Source: an uncultured Candidatus Saccharibacteria bacterium
GTDB taxonomy: Bacteria > Patescibacteriota > Minisyncoccia > Phycocordibacterales > UBA9973
NCBI GenBank assembly: GCA_964586755.1
Contig: CAZPHJ010000003.1
Coordinates: 1-31,138, forward strand
Reading direction: 5' to 3'
DNA: 31,138 nt
In this document: positions 1-7,072 of the stretch, piece by piece
How positions within the stretch are numbered: the first letter of the stretch is position 1
Layout of the letters: each line of letters starts with the position of its first letter
Notes under the pieces: model-generated
The model's database searches: none
What the model was told of the DNA's origin: nothing
What the model saw: only the letters and a program-made list of their open reading frames with translations
Translations under genes and position numbers: made by a program

Positions 1-128
1 CCTCGTGAACCCACCGTAAGATTGCGTTCGAAAGTAGCAGCCAATGCTGAACCAGCAGTGACGAGCATACTTGCTCCTGCAACCAATCCCAAACTCGCCT
101 TAACGAATTTTGATTTGAGTGTAGTCAT
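1..128 (-). CDS. 5' part of a secreted peptidoglycan-binding-domain / surface protein (truncated by window edge)
   Basis: Manual translation from ATG at 128: MTTLKSKFVKASLGLVAGASMLVTAGSALA-ATFERNLTVGSRG. This is a Sec signal peptide (K-rich N region, hydrophobic core, A-L-A cleavage) followed by F-x-R-N-L-x-x-G-S-x-G, the usual start of PG_binding_1 domains. Not in the ORF track. Confidence 0.72.
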   Translation of the reverse strand, partial: MTTLKSKFVKASLGLVAGASMLVTAGSALAATFERNLTVGSR

Positions 129-672
129 AGAAAAAATTTCTAATAAATTATGCACTTAATAATAAGCTCGACGATGAACACGAATGTTCATGATGCTCAT
201 TTTGTGTGCACATACTATATATAGTGTGCGTTTTATAACCGTCCACTATTTTGTTTCCTGCTTCAAAAGAATTATTGAAACAAGAAACGATTTGCTGCCG
301 TGTCGACATGGCATCTTCCGAGATTTGCGAGAGTATGATGAGAGGCAAAAAATTTGCACTCTAATTCGTGTCCCGCACTCCCCAAGAAGTAATACGTATC
401 GACATTGAAAACACATTCCTAAATTTTTTCTCGCCTATCGCGAAAAAATGTTGAGGTACATACGACCATTTTCATATGCCGTATGCTATGTAATTTTCAA
501 GGTTCGATCCGCGTGTACTCTCCGAGAGATGCGAATGGTACGAGAGGCCTATCCTCCGCCCCGCACTTCGGAAAAATACCTACTGACGCAAGAATCTCGT
601 ACGCAAAATGCGCACGATATAACTTGCTTACACATTATATTACCTATGCCGTATAACGACCAAATAATACCG

Positions 673-681
673 TGTGGATAA
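673..681 (-). promoter_or_regulatory. Single perfect DnaA box (TTATCCACA on minus strand)
   Basis: Plus strand reads TGTGGATAA at 673-681 in a non-coding region. Only one copy was found, so function is uncertain. Confidence 0.3.
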
Positions 682-824
682 CCTTCGATTTTTGACCGAA
701 AGCCATCAACCCGCATCATAACATTTTTTCCTTCAAAAAACAACTCTTTTCTTGTGTTGGATATAATCCGGCATCCATGCATTTTTCATGGATTCTAGAT
801 TTCAATCCAGAACAAAAAACTGGG

Positions 825-1646
825 CTAGGTAGCAACCTTGTACATACTCCAACGCTTCTCACCTTCCTTGATCAAGACCCCTTCCTGTACAAGTCCATGA
901 AGCTCACGCTGGATGGTTTTATCACCAATGTCTTTTAGAATTTCTGATATGTCCTTTATCGAAACTTTTCCTTTATTTCGGACGATACTAAGGACATCAT
1001 TTCTGCGAGCAATCTTACTTCCCAATTCACTTTTCTTTGAAACAGACATCAAAACCTCGCTAGCTTTTGCATCATTTTTATAAAAGACATTTTCTTGTTT
1101 TGTGTGTCCTTTAATAAAGTCATGTCCTTTATCAATCTGTTTGATTGTCTCTTGGTCTTTTTCAACTACAAACATTTCTTGATTCAAGAGTACATTTGAA
1201 AATCCAAATCGTGGAGCAACAAATAATTTCTTTTCTCCTGAATTTTCTCCGACTTGTGACTGTACTTTTTTAAGCTCGGTTTCCAAGATTTTTCCGTTCA
1301 TTTCTGAAACCAATCCGAGTGTTGTCGCCAACAAAAGAAAAGTCATCGTTTGATCAATAAGCGATATGCAATCGCTAGCCAAAACAGTGGGAATTTCGTT
1401 CGGGTTTTTTGGCAACTTTTGTGTAGTAGAAATCAAAGAAACCGCGAGCGTCCTTAATTCGATCTTGAGTGGCTCTGAGTCTGCAAGAAAGTCCGTTACC
1501 ATGTAAATTGCGGTCGCGATTCTTTCTGTCTTTTTGGCGATAAAAGACACAGTGGAAGCCTTCTGATAAAAGCTATTTACAGCTTGTCCTGTATGGATTT
1601 GTCCGTTATGGTCTGTATGTATTTGTTGTGTGTCTTTTAATTCCAT
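825..1646 (-). CDS. DNA-binding protein: N-terminal helical-bundle-like domain, low-complexity linker, C-terminal DeoR-like winged HTH
   Basis: 273 aa ORF. The C-terminus RRNDVLSIVRNKGKVSIKDISEILKDIGDKTIQRELHGLVQEGVLIKEGEKRWSMY is a typical winged-helix pattern. The N-terminus KTERIATAIYMVTDFL..EPLKIELRTLAVSL is helical. Confidence 0.8.
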   Translation of the reverse strand: MELKDTQQIHTDHNGQIHTGQAVNSFYQKASTVSFIAKKTERIATAIYMVTDFLADSEPLKIELRTLAVSLISTTQKLPKNPNEIPTVLASDCISLIDQTMTFLLLATTLGLVSEMNGKILETELKKVQSQVGENSGEKKLFVAPRFGFSNVLLNQEMFVVEKDQETIKQIDKGHDFIKGHTKQENVFYKNDAKASEVLMSVSKKSELGSKIARRNDVLSIVRNKGKVSIKDISEILKDIGDKTIQRELHGLVQEGVLIKEGEKRWSMYKVAT

Positions 1647-1700
1647 GTGAATTTTTTATACCAAAGATGGTGTCCTTATTAGGTAATTGTGTGTCCGTAA
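929..1700. repeat. Cluster of TGTCYTTTA 9-mers within and upstream of the HTH gene
   Basis: Exact matches on + at 929, 950, 1105, 1123 and 1631, and on - at 1081 and 1541. Near matches at 988(-), 1040(-), 1527, 1585, 1600, 1671 and 1692. Confidence 0.85.
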
Positions 1701-1707
1701 TAGCCGT

Positions 1708-1735
1708 ATTATACGCAGAGCACTTGAAAACGCAA
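1708..1735 (-). promoter_or_regulatory. Sigma70 promoter of the HTH gene
   Basis: Minus strand TTGCGT-N16-TATAAT; the -10 lies at 1713-1708. Confidence 0.55.
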
Positions 1736-1810
1736 ACCCTAAAATCCCAAGCATCAAACTCTAAAAAAGACATGGATTCATCTAGAATTTCGAATTTAGA
1801 TTTTGGAGTT
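1727..1810. repeat. Degenerate inverted heptamer arrays
   Basis: Left arm aaaacgc-aaaccct-aaaatcc-caagcat-caaactc (1727-1761). Right arm tagaatt-tcgaatt-tagattt-tggagtt (1783-1810) is the reverse-complement type. Confidence 0.6.
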
Positions 1811-1825
1811 TTCCACTTATTTTTA

Positions 1826-1834
1826 TGCTAAAAT
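1826..1834 (+). promoter_or_regulatory. Extended -10 promoter (TGcTAAAAT) of ftsK
   Basis: Exact TGn-TAAAAT 11 nt before ATG 1846, with no Shine-Dalgarno sequence. Confidence 0.6.
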
Positions 1835-1845
1835 AAGTGAACATT

Positions 1846-4080
1846 ATGGCAAAAAAAACTGAAGAAATTGAAGAGGAAGAAGATATTGAAGTTGAAGAAA
1901 AACCCGTCCGTAGAACGAGCTCCAAAAAGAAAAAAATTGATGAATCAAAGCGACTCAAAGATGAGACAAGACACACCGTAGTTGGAGTCATATTTCTCGC
2001 ACTCGCACTTTTTTTTGTAATGGCAGGATTCGGTTCTGGTGGACCCGTTGGAGCTGGTGTACACAGCGCTGGAAAGTATTTGTTCGGTGTTGGATATGTC
2101 CTCCTTCCGATCTTGTGTGCATTTCTTGGTATCACTTTTGTACGCACAGGACGACCCCACATCGCACTCACTCAAGGTGTAGGTTCGATACTATTTTTGA
2201 TGGGGACACTCGGCCTCATCGACATCGCAAGTAATCCAAATCATGCCGGTGGAGTCATCGGAAAATTTTTTGGATTCATCTTCGAACGACCGTTTGGAAC
2301 ACTTGGTGCGATTCTTTTTCTTGGAGCATTTCTCATCATTTCGCTCGTCGTACTTTTTGATACCCGTCCTACTCTTTCAATAGTCAACGGTCTTATCGAA
2401 AGATGGGAGGCGCGTCGCGATGCACGCAAAGCGCAAGCACTCGCCAACAAGCGCCTTGTGGTCAATGACAATACACAAGCTCCAGAACCACAACCTGTAC
2501 CAAAATCTCAACAAATTGATGATGAGGTAAGTCCATCAGGAAACGAATCATTGATGGATGAATTGGAAATCTTACCAAAGCAAAAAATCCGCAAAGCGTA
2601 TTCATCATATGTTCCACCACCACTCGATCTTCTCAAACGTGACTCCGGCAAGCCGAACGTGGGTGATGTCAAAGCTAACGCAAACATCATCAAACGCTCA
2701 CTTTCAAACTTCGGCATCGAAGTAGAAATGGACGAGGTAACGATTGGTCCGACGGTCACAAGATATGCACTCAAGCCTGCTGAGGGCGTCAAACTTTCTC
2801 GTATTGTCGGACTCCAAAACGACCTCTCTCTTGCACTCGCCGCCCACCCAATCCGTATCGAAGCACCGATTCCAGGCAAGAGCCTGGTAGGTATTGAAAT
2901 CCCGAATAAAGCGAAATCGATTGTAGGCATGGCTACACTTTTGTCTGATGATAAGTTTAAAAATTCAGAGAAGCCGCTCACTGTGGCGCTTGGACGAGGA
3001 ATCAACGGTATGGCGAATTTCGGAAATCTTGCCAAGATGCCTCACGTGCTGGTAGCCGGTGCAACTGGATCTGGAAAGTCCGTCACCATTCACTCTATTG
3101 TTGTATCCCTCCTCTATCGTAACGGACCTGACGAGATGCGCTTCATCATGATCGACCCGAAGCGAGTAGAGCTTACTTTGTATAAGAACATCCCTCATCT
3201 TCTCACTCCCGTCATCACTGATGCCAAAAAAGCCATCCTCGCTCTCAAATGGGCAGCCAAGGAAATGGATCGTCGATACGACATTCTCCAGGCCGAATCT
3301 GTGCGTGACATCGAAAGCTACCACAAGACTGTGGTAGGTGATACAAAAAAAGGCAAACCAGATGAAGTTACAGCTGATCCAATGCCATATATTGTCATCA
3401 TTATCGACGAATTGGCTGATATCATGCAGAGTTATCCGCGAGAACTCGAATCTGCGATTGTGCGCCTTGCTCAGATGTCGCGTGCGGTCGGTATCCACCT
3501 CCTCCTTTCGACACAGCGTCCGTCGGTAAACGTTATCACTGGTCTCATCAAAGCCAACGTGCCAGCTCGTATCGCCCTACAGGTGTCTTCTCAAATCGAT
3601 TCACGTACCATTCTTGATGCTGCAGGCGCCGAAAAACTCCTCGGTGCCGGAGACATGCTCTATGCGGCTGGAGACAAGCCACAACCGGAACGTCTGCAGA
3701 GTGCCTTTATTTCTGAAAGCGAAGTTAAGGAAATTGTAAAGTTTATTATTGAACACAATGAATCAGATGGTGCCGATGAAATTGTGCTTTCCGGCTCTGT
3801 TTCGGCCGACAAAACCATCTTTGACGCCAATCTTGATTCTGATGGCGATAATGACGACGAGCTCTACGAAGATGCTCGCATGACCGTCATTGAGGCTGGT
3901 AAAGCTTCCACTTCTTACCTGCAACGCAAGCTCGGTGTCGGATATGCACGTGCTGCTCGTCTCATCGACATGCTCGAAGAGCGCGGAGTTATCGGACCAG
4001 GAAGTGGTGCAAAACCACGCGAAGTGCTCATCAAACAAGGTGACGGAATTATGGATGTTCCTGCGGAAATGCAAAATTAA
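1846..4080 (+). CDS. ftsK: FtsK/SpoIIIE DNA translocase
   Basis: N-terminal 4-TM domain; Walker A GATGSGKS; IDPKRVEL; IIIDELAD; STQRPSVNVITG; gamma domain LQRKLGVGYARAARLID. ATG 1846 preferred over GTG 1837. Confidence 0.98.
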   Translation: MAKKTEEIEEEEDIEVEEKPVRRTSSKKKKIDESKRLKDETRHTVVGVIFLALALFFVMAGFGSGGPVGAGVHSAGKYLFGVGYVLLPILCAFLGITFVRTGRPHIALTQGVGSILFLMGTLGLIDIASNPNHAGGVIGKFFGFIFERPFGTLGAILFLGAFLIISLVVLFDTRPTLSIVNGLIERWEARRDARKAQALANKRLVVNDNTQAPEPQPVPKSQQIDDEVSPSGNESLMDELEILPKQKIRKAYSSYVPPPLDLLKRDSGKPNVGDVKANANIIKRSLSNFGIEVEMDEVTIGPTVTRYALKPAEGVKLSRIVGLQNDLSLALAAHPIRIEAPIPGKSLVGIEIPNKAKSIVGMATLLSDDKFKNSEKPLTVALGRGINGMANFGNLAKMPHVLVAGATGSGKSVTIHSIVVSLLYRNGPDEMRFIMIDPKRVELTLYKNIPHLLTPVITDAKKAILALKWAAKEMDRRYDILQAESVRDIESYHKTVVGDTKKGKPDEVTADPMPYIVIIIDELADIMQSYPRELESAIVRLAQMSRAVGIHLLLSTQRPSVNVITGLIKANVPARIALQVSSQIDSRTILDAAGAEKLLGAGDMLYAAGDKPQPERLQSAFISESEVKEIVKFIIEHNESDGADEIVLSGSVSADKTIFDANLDSDGDNDDELYEDARMTVIEAGKASTSYLQRKLGVGYARAARLIDMLEERGVIGPGSGAKPREVLIKQGDGIMDVPAEMQN

Positions 4081-4165
4081 AAGATAAAAATGAAAAATTA
4101 GTAACCCGAATTCCATGTTAGATTTTTAGTTGCCGTTTTGCTTTTTTCATTTTAATTTTTACATT
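4067..4165. repeat. Inverted heptamer arrays (AAAT type) filling the ftsK-downstream intergenic space
   Basis: Left arm aaatgca-aaattaa-aagataa-aaatgaa-aaattag (4067-4101) overlaps the ftsK stop. Right arm tgccgtt-ttgcttt-tttcatt-ttaattt-ttacatt (4131-4165) abuts the next ATG. Confidence 0.8.
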
Positions 4166-4522
4166 ATGGAACGCTTCAATCTTAAAAAAACACTTAGAGT
4201 AGGAGGTGCTATCACTAGTATCGTGCTCATTCTCGGATACGGAGTATGGATCGGACGAGATATATTGTTTGGCATTTCATTCTCTGTCGATGGAATACGC
4301 GACGGCATGTCTACAAACGAAGGCGTCCTCACCTATTCTGGCAACGCTCGACACGCAAACTTACTTGTCGTCAACGGCCATACCGTGTCTTTGGCTGAAG
4401 ACGGCACCTGGGAAGACACGCTTGCTCTATTGCCGGGAGAGAATACAATACAGATTGAGGTGACCGACCGATTCAAACGAACATCTGAGAAGATATATCG
4501 AATTTATTACAAAGTGCAGTAG
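4166..4522 (+). CDS. Membrane-anchored protein with a beta-sandwich (Ig-like) extracellular domain
   Basis: MERFNLKK, then one TM helix (VGGAITSIVLILGYGVWIG), then an Ig-like pattern (L.VNG..V....GTWE..L.L.PGEN.IQIEVTDRFKR). True start is ATG 4166; the upstream extension in the ORF track is repeat sequence. Confidence 0.85.
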   Translation: MERFNLKKTLRVGGAITSIVLILGYGVWIGRDILFGISFSVDGIRDGMSTNEGVLTYSGNARHANLLVVNGHTVSLAEDGTWEDTLALLPGENTIQIEVTDRFKRTSEKIYRIYYKVQ

Positions 4523-4562
4523 GTTTTTATTAATAGTGTAATCGCGTTTGTATTTTGGATTG

Positions 4563-4597
4563 CTAGTGCCTAGCGCCTAAAGCCTAACGCCTAAAAA
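4563..4597 (+). repeat. CTAnnGC heptamer tandem array directly before recA
   Basis: ctagtgc-ctagcgc-ctaaagc-ctaacgc-ctaaaaa, then a-ATG. Confidence 0.85.
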
Positions 4598-4598
4598 A

Positions 4599-5672
4599 AT
4601 GGCTGGATTTGCAAAAAAAGCGCCGAAAGAAAAGAAAGAAACTGGGATGGATATCATCGACACCATCAAATCAATCCAAACGAAGTTTGGAGAAGGTGCG
4701 ATTATGAAACTCGGAGACACTCCAAAAGTAGACGTTGATGTCATTCCATCAGGCTCTATGGGTCTTGATATGGCACTCGGCGTTGGAGGAATCCCCCGCG
4801 GACGCATCATCGAAATCTTTGGACCGGAATCATCTGGTAAAACTACGCTCGCCCTGCATATCGTAGCAGAAGCACAAAAAAAGGGCGGTATCTGCGCATT
4901 TATCGACGCCGAACACGCAATGGATCCAGTCTATGCCAAAAATCTTGGGGTGAATACCAACGAACTTCTCATCTCTCAACCGGACACCGGCGAGCAGGGT
5001 CTCGAAATTTGTGAATCACTTGTCCGATCAGGCAAAATTGCCGTCGTTGTAGTCGACTCTGTAGCAGCACTCACACCAAAAGATGAAATTGAGGGCGACA
5101 TGGGAGCGCAACACGTAGGCAAACAAGCTCGACTCATGTCACAAGCACTCCGCAAGCTCACGGCAATCGTTTCAAAATCAAACACCGTTGTTATATTCAT
5201 CAACCAGATCCGCATGCAAATCGGTGTCATGTTCGGCAATCCAGAAACAACTCCAGGTGGAAAGGCGCTCAAATTTTACACATCGATTCGTCTCGACATC
5301 CGTCGCATCGCTCAGATCAAAAAAGGAGAAGAGGTCGTCGGAGGTCGTACGCGTGTAAAAGTGGTCAAAAACAAGGTCGCTGCCCCATTCAAACAGACTG
5401 AGTTCGATATCATCTACGGTGAAGGTATCTCGTACGAAGGAGAACTTATGGCTCTCGGCGAAAAGATTGGCATCGTTGCCAAATCTTCCGGCGGGTCGTA
5501 CACCTATACTCCACAAAACAAAGATGGCAGCAAAGCTGAAGAAATCAAAATGGGTCGCGGGTATGACGCAACCCGTACCTTCCTGAAGCAAAACGCAAAA
5601 CTCGAAAAGGAAATGGAAAAGACTATCCGTTCACGCTTCAGCGAGATCCAAGTCGCAAGTGCAGGAGAGTAG
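4599..5672 (+). CDS. recA: RecA recombinase
   Basis: [52 protein letters not shown]. No intein or intron is visible. Confidence 0.99.
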   Translation: MAGFAKKAPKEKKETGMDIIDTIKSIQTKFGEGAIMKLGDTPKVDVDVIPSGSMGLDMALGVGGIPRGRIIEIFGPESSGKTTLALHIVAEAQKKGGICAFIDAEHAMDPVYAKNLGVNTNELLISQPDTGEQGLEICESLVRSGKIAVVVVDSVAALTPKDEIEGDMGAQHVGKQARLMSQALRKLTAIVSKSNTVVIFINQIRMQIGVMFGNPETTPGGKALKFYTSIRLDIRRIAQIKKGEEVVGGRTRVKVVKNKVAAPFKQTEFDIIYGEGISYEGELMALGEKIGIVAKSSGGSYTYTPQNKDGSKAEEIKMGRGYDATRTFLKQNAKLEKEMEKTIRSRFSEIQVASAGE

Positions 5673-5694
5673 AAGTAGCTTTTTAGCTTTAAAA

Positions 5695-5726
5695 AATCGC
5701 GTTCTGGGTTTACCCAGAACGCGATT
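5695..5726. terminator. Perfect 14-bp hairpin between convergent genes
   Basis: aatcgcgttctggg-ttta-cccagaacgcgatt, preceded by an A-run. Confidence 0.75.
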
Positions 5727-5733
5727 AACGCAA

Positions 5734-6171
5734 TTATAGTGTGGAAATATAATTCTTACATTCACCTTCATCCAGATTTAAGATTTCTGCCATACCTGAT
5801 ACATTACCTTTAAGGTACCTCAAATAAGAGGTACCCAACTCATTATTTTTACAAAAATAACTGTGGCTGGCATACGCAAGCTCATCGTTGTATTCCCATT
5901 CTCGAGGATGAACAGGAAAACTTCCATCAGTAGTATTATTTTCTAAAGATTTAACATATCCAGAAAATAATGCTACTACAAAATGAGCAACGTATACCCT
6001 TACTTCGTTCTCTGAAAGAGAATTAAGATTGATGTTTTGTTTTAGTATTATAAAAATACCATCAACCACGCCTTCAAAATCATGACGTTTAGGTATTTTT
6101 ATTCCATACAATATAATGGAATACTTTAAAATCGGCAATGCTAAGGTGCGGTTGTATTGAGATTTCTCCAT
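5734..6171 (-). CDS. Hypothetical protein, AT-rich accessory gene
   Basis: 145 aa ORF from ATG 6171 with its own promoter. No recognisable motif. Confidence 0.65.
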   Translation of the reverse strand: MEKSQYNRTLALPILKYSIILYGIKIPKRHDFEGVVDGIFIILKQNINLNSLSENEVRVYVAHFVVALFSGYVKSLENNTTDGSFPVHPREWEYNDELAYASHSYFCKNNELGTSYLRYLKGNVSGMAEILNLDEGECKNYISTL

Positions 6172-6189
6172 ATAAAACAATTTTTTCTT

Positions 6190-6218
6190 ATACTAATTGG
6201 ATTAAATAGATATGTCAA
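6190..6218 (-). promoter_or_regulatory. Sigma70 promoter of the 5734-6171 gene
   Basis: TTGACA-N17-TAGTAT on the minus strand. Confidence 0.65.
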
Positions 6219-6224
6219 TCAGGC

Positions 6225-6253
6225 TTGAAATTATGGGTTTTTTCGGTTAGAAT
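6225..6253 (+). promoter_or_regulatory. Sigma70 promoter of efp
   Basis: TTGAAA-N17-TAGAAT. Confidence 0.65.
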
Positions 6254-6283
6254 CCCCTTGTCTGACCTTATTATCCGTATCTG

Positions 6284-6321
6284 CTAGAGCCTAATTATCT
6301 AGCGCCTAATTATCTATTCCT
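6284..6321 (+). repeat. CTA-type 7/8-mer array directly before efp
   Basis: ctagagc-ctaattat-ctagcgc-ctaattat-ctattc-ct, then ATG. Confidence 0.8.
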
Positions 6322-6903
6322 ATGGCTAAACTCGAATACAACGAAATCCGCACCGGCAAAATCATCATTCATAATGACGAACCTTGTGAAGTGCTCGACA
6401 ACCATGTTGCCCGCACACAACAGCGCAAGCCTCAGAATGCGGTAAAACTCCGCTCACTCAAGAGTGGCAAGGCATACAACGAAGTCTTTCACGTATCTGA
6501 TTCTGCAGATGAAGCTGATCTCGAAAAGCGTGAGACCAAATTCTTGTTCGCAAACAAGGGCGAACTCTGGTTTGCCGATCCAAAAGATCCATCAAATCGC
6601 TTTAAACTTGATGAAAAGCTCATCGGCGACAAGGTCAAATTTTTGAAAGCAAACGAAATGGTCACTGCTCTCATTTGGACCAACGACGACGACGAAGAAG
6701 AGACAATTGGCGTACTCCTTCCTATCAAAGTCACCTTTGAAGTCAAAGAAGCTCCTCCTGCAGTCAAAGGCGACACTCGCACCGGCGGATCAAAACAAGT
6801 CGTTCTCGACAATGGCACGACAGTCAACACTCCTCTCTTCGTTGAAGCTGGCGACAAAATTGTGATAAACACAACTACAGGTGAATATGTCGAGAGAGCT
6901 TAG
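6322..6903 (+). CDS. efp: Elongation factor P with a non-canonical tip loop
   Basis: Three-domain EF-P pattern: VKLRSLKSG, APPAVKGDT, TPLFVEAGDKIVINTTTGEYVERA. Confidence 0.93.
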   Translation: MAKLEYNEIRTGKIIIHNDEPCEVLDNHVARTQQRKPQNAVKLRSLKSGKAYNEVFHVSDSADEADLEKRETKFLFANKGELWFADPKDPSNRFKLDEKLIGDKVKFLKANEMVTALIWTNDDDEEETIGVLLPIKVTFEVKEAPPAVKGDTRTGGSKQVVLDNGTTVNTPLFVEAGDKIVINTTTGEYVERA

Positions 6904-7046
6904 TTTTACTAAGGAAAACTAAGCTCTCGAAAACCTCGCGATTACGCGAGGCAAGAGCAACGCAAAAAGAAGGCCATCGATGCCTTCTTTTTGCGTTAAA
7001 TATAGAAATAGACAAAAAAAGTAAAGCCTCCAGTGCTGGAGGCTTT
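6894..7046. terminator. Four consecutive hairpins between convergent genes
   Basis: Stems at 6894-6928 (14 bp), 6934-6951 (7 bp), 6959-6997 (16 bp) and 7023-7046 (10 bp). The last two have A/T runs on both sides (bidirectional terminator type). Confidence 0.75.
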
Positions 7047-7072
7047 TTATGTAATATGAAAAAAATGTCTAT

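Noticed and set aside
496-525. GGTTCGATCC resembling a tRNA T-loop
   Set aside because: The flanks do not form a T-stem (caagg versus cgcgt), and no acceptor or anticodon arms can be built.
148-782. Four short ORFs (66-77 aa) in the first intergenic region
   Set aside because: They overlap each other on opposite strands, with no motifs or credible start signals.
129-824. oriC
   Set aside because: Only one perfect DnaA box, no box cluster or obvious unwinding element, and dnaA/dnaN are not in view.
4599-5672. Intein or intron in recA, or intein in ileS
   Set aside because: RecA has normal length apart from a short loop insert ([10 protein letters not shown]). The ileS insert has phosphatase motifs, not splicing motifs.
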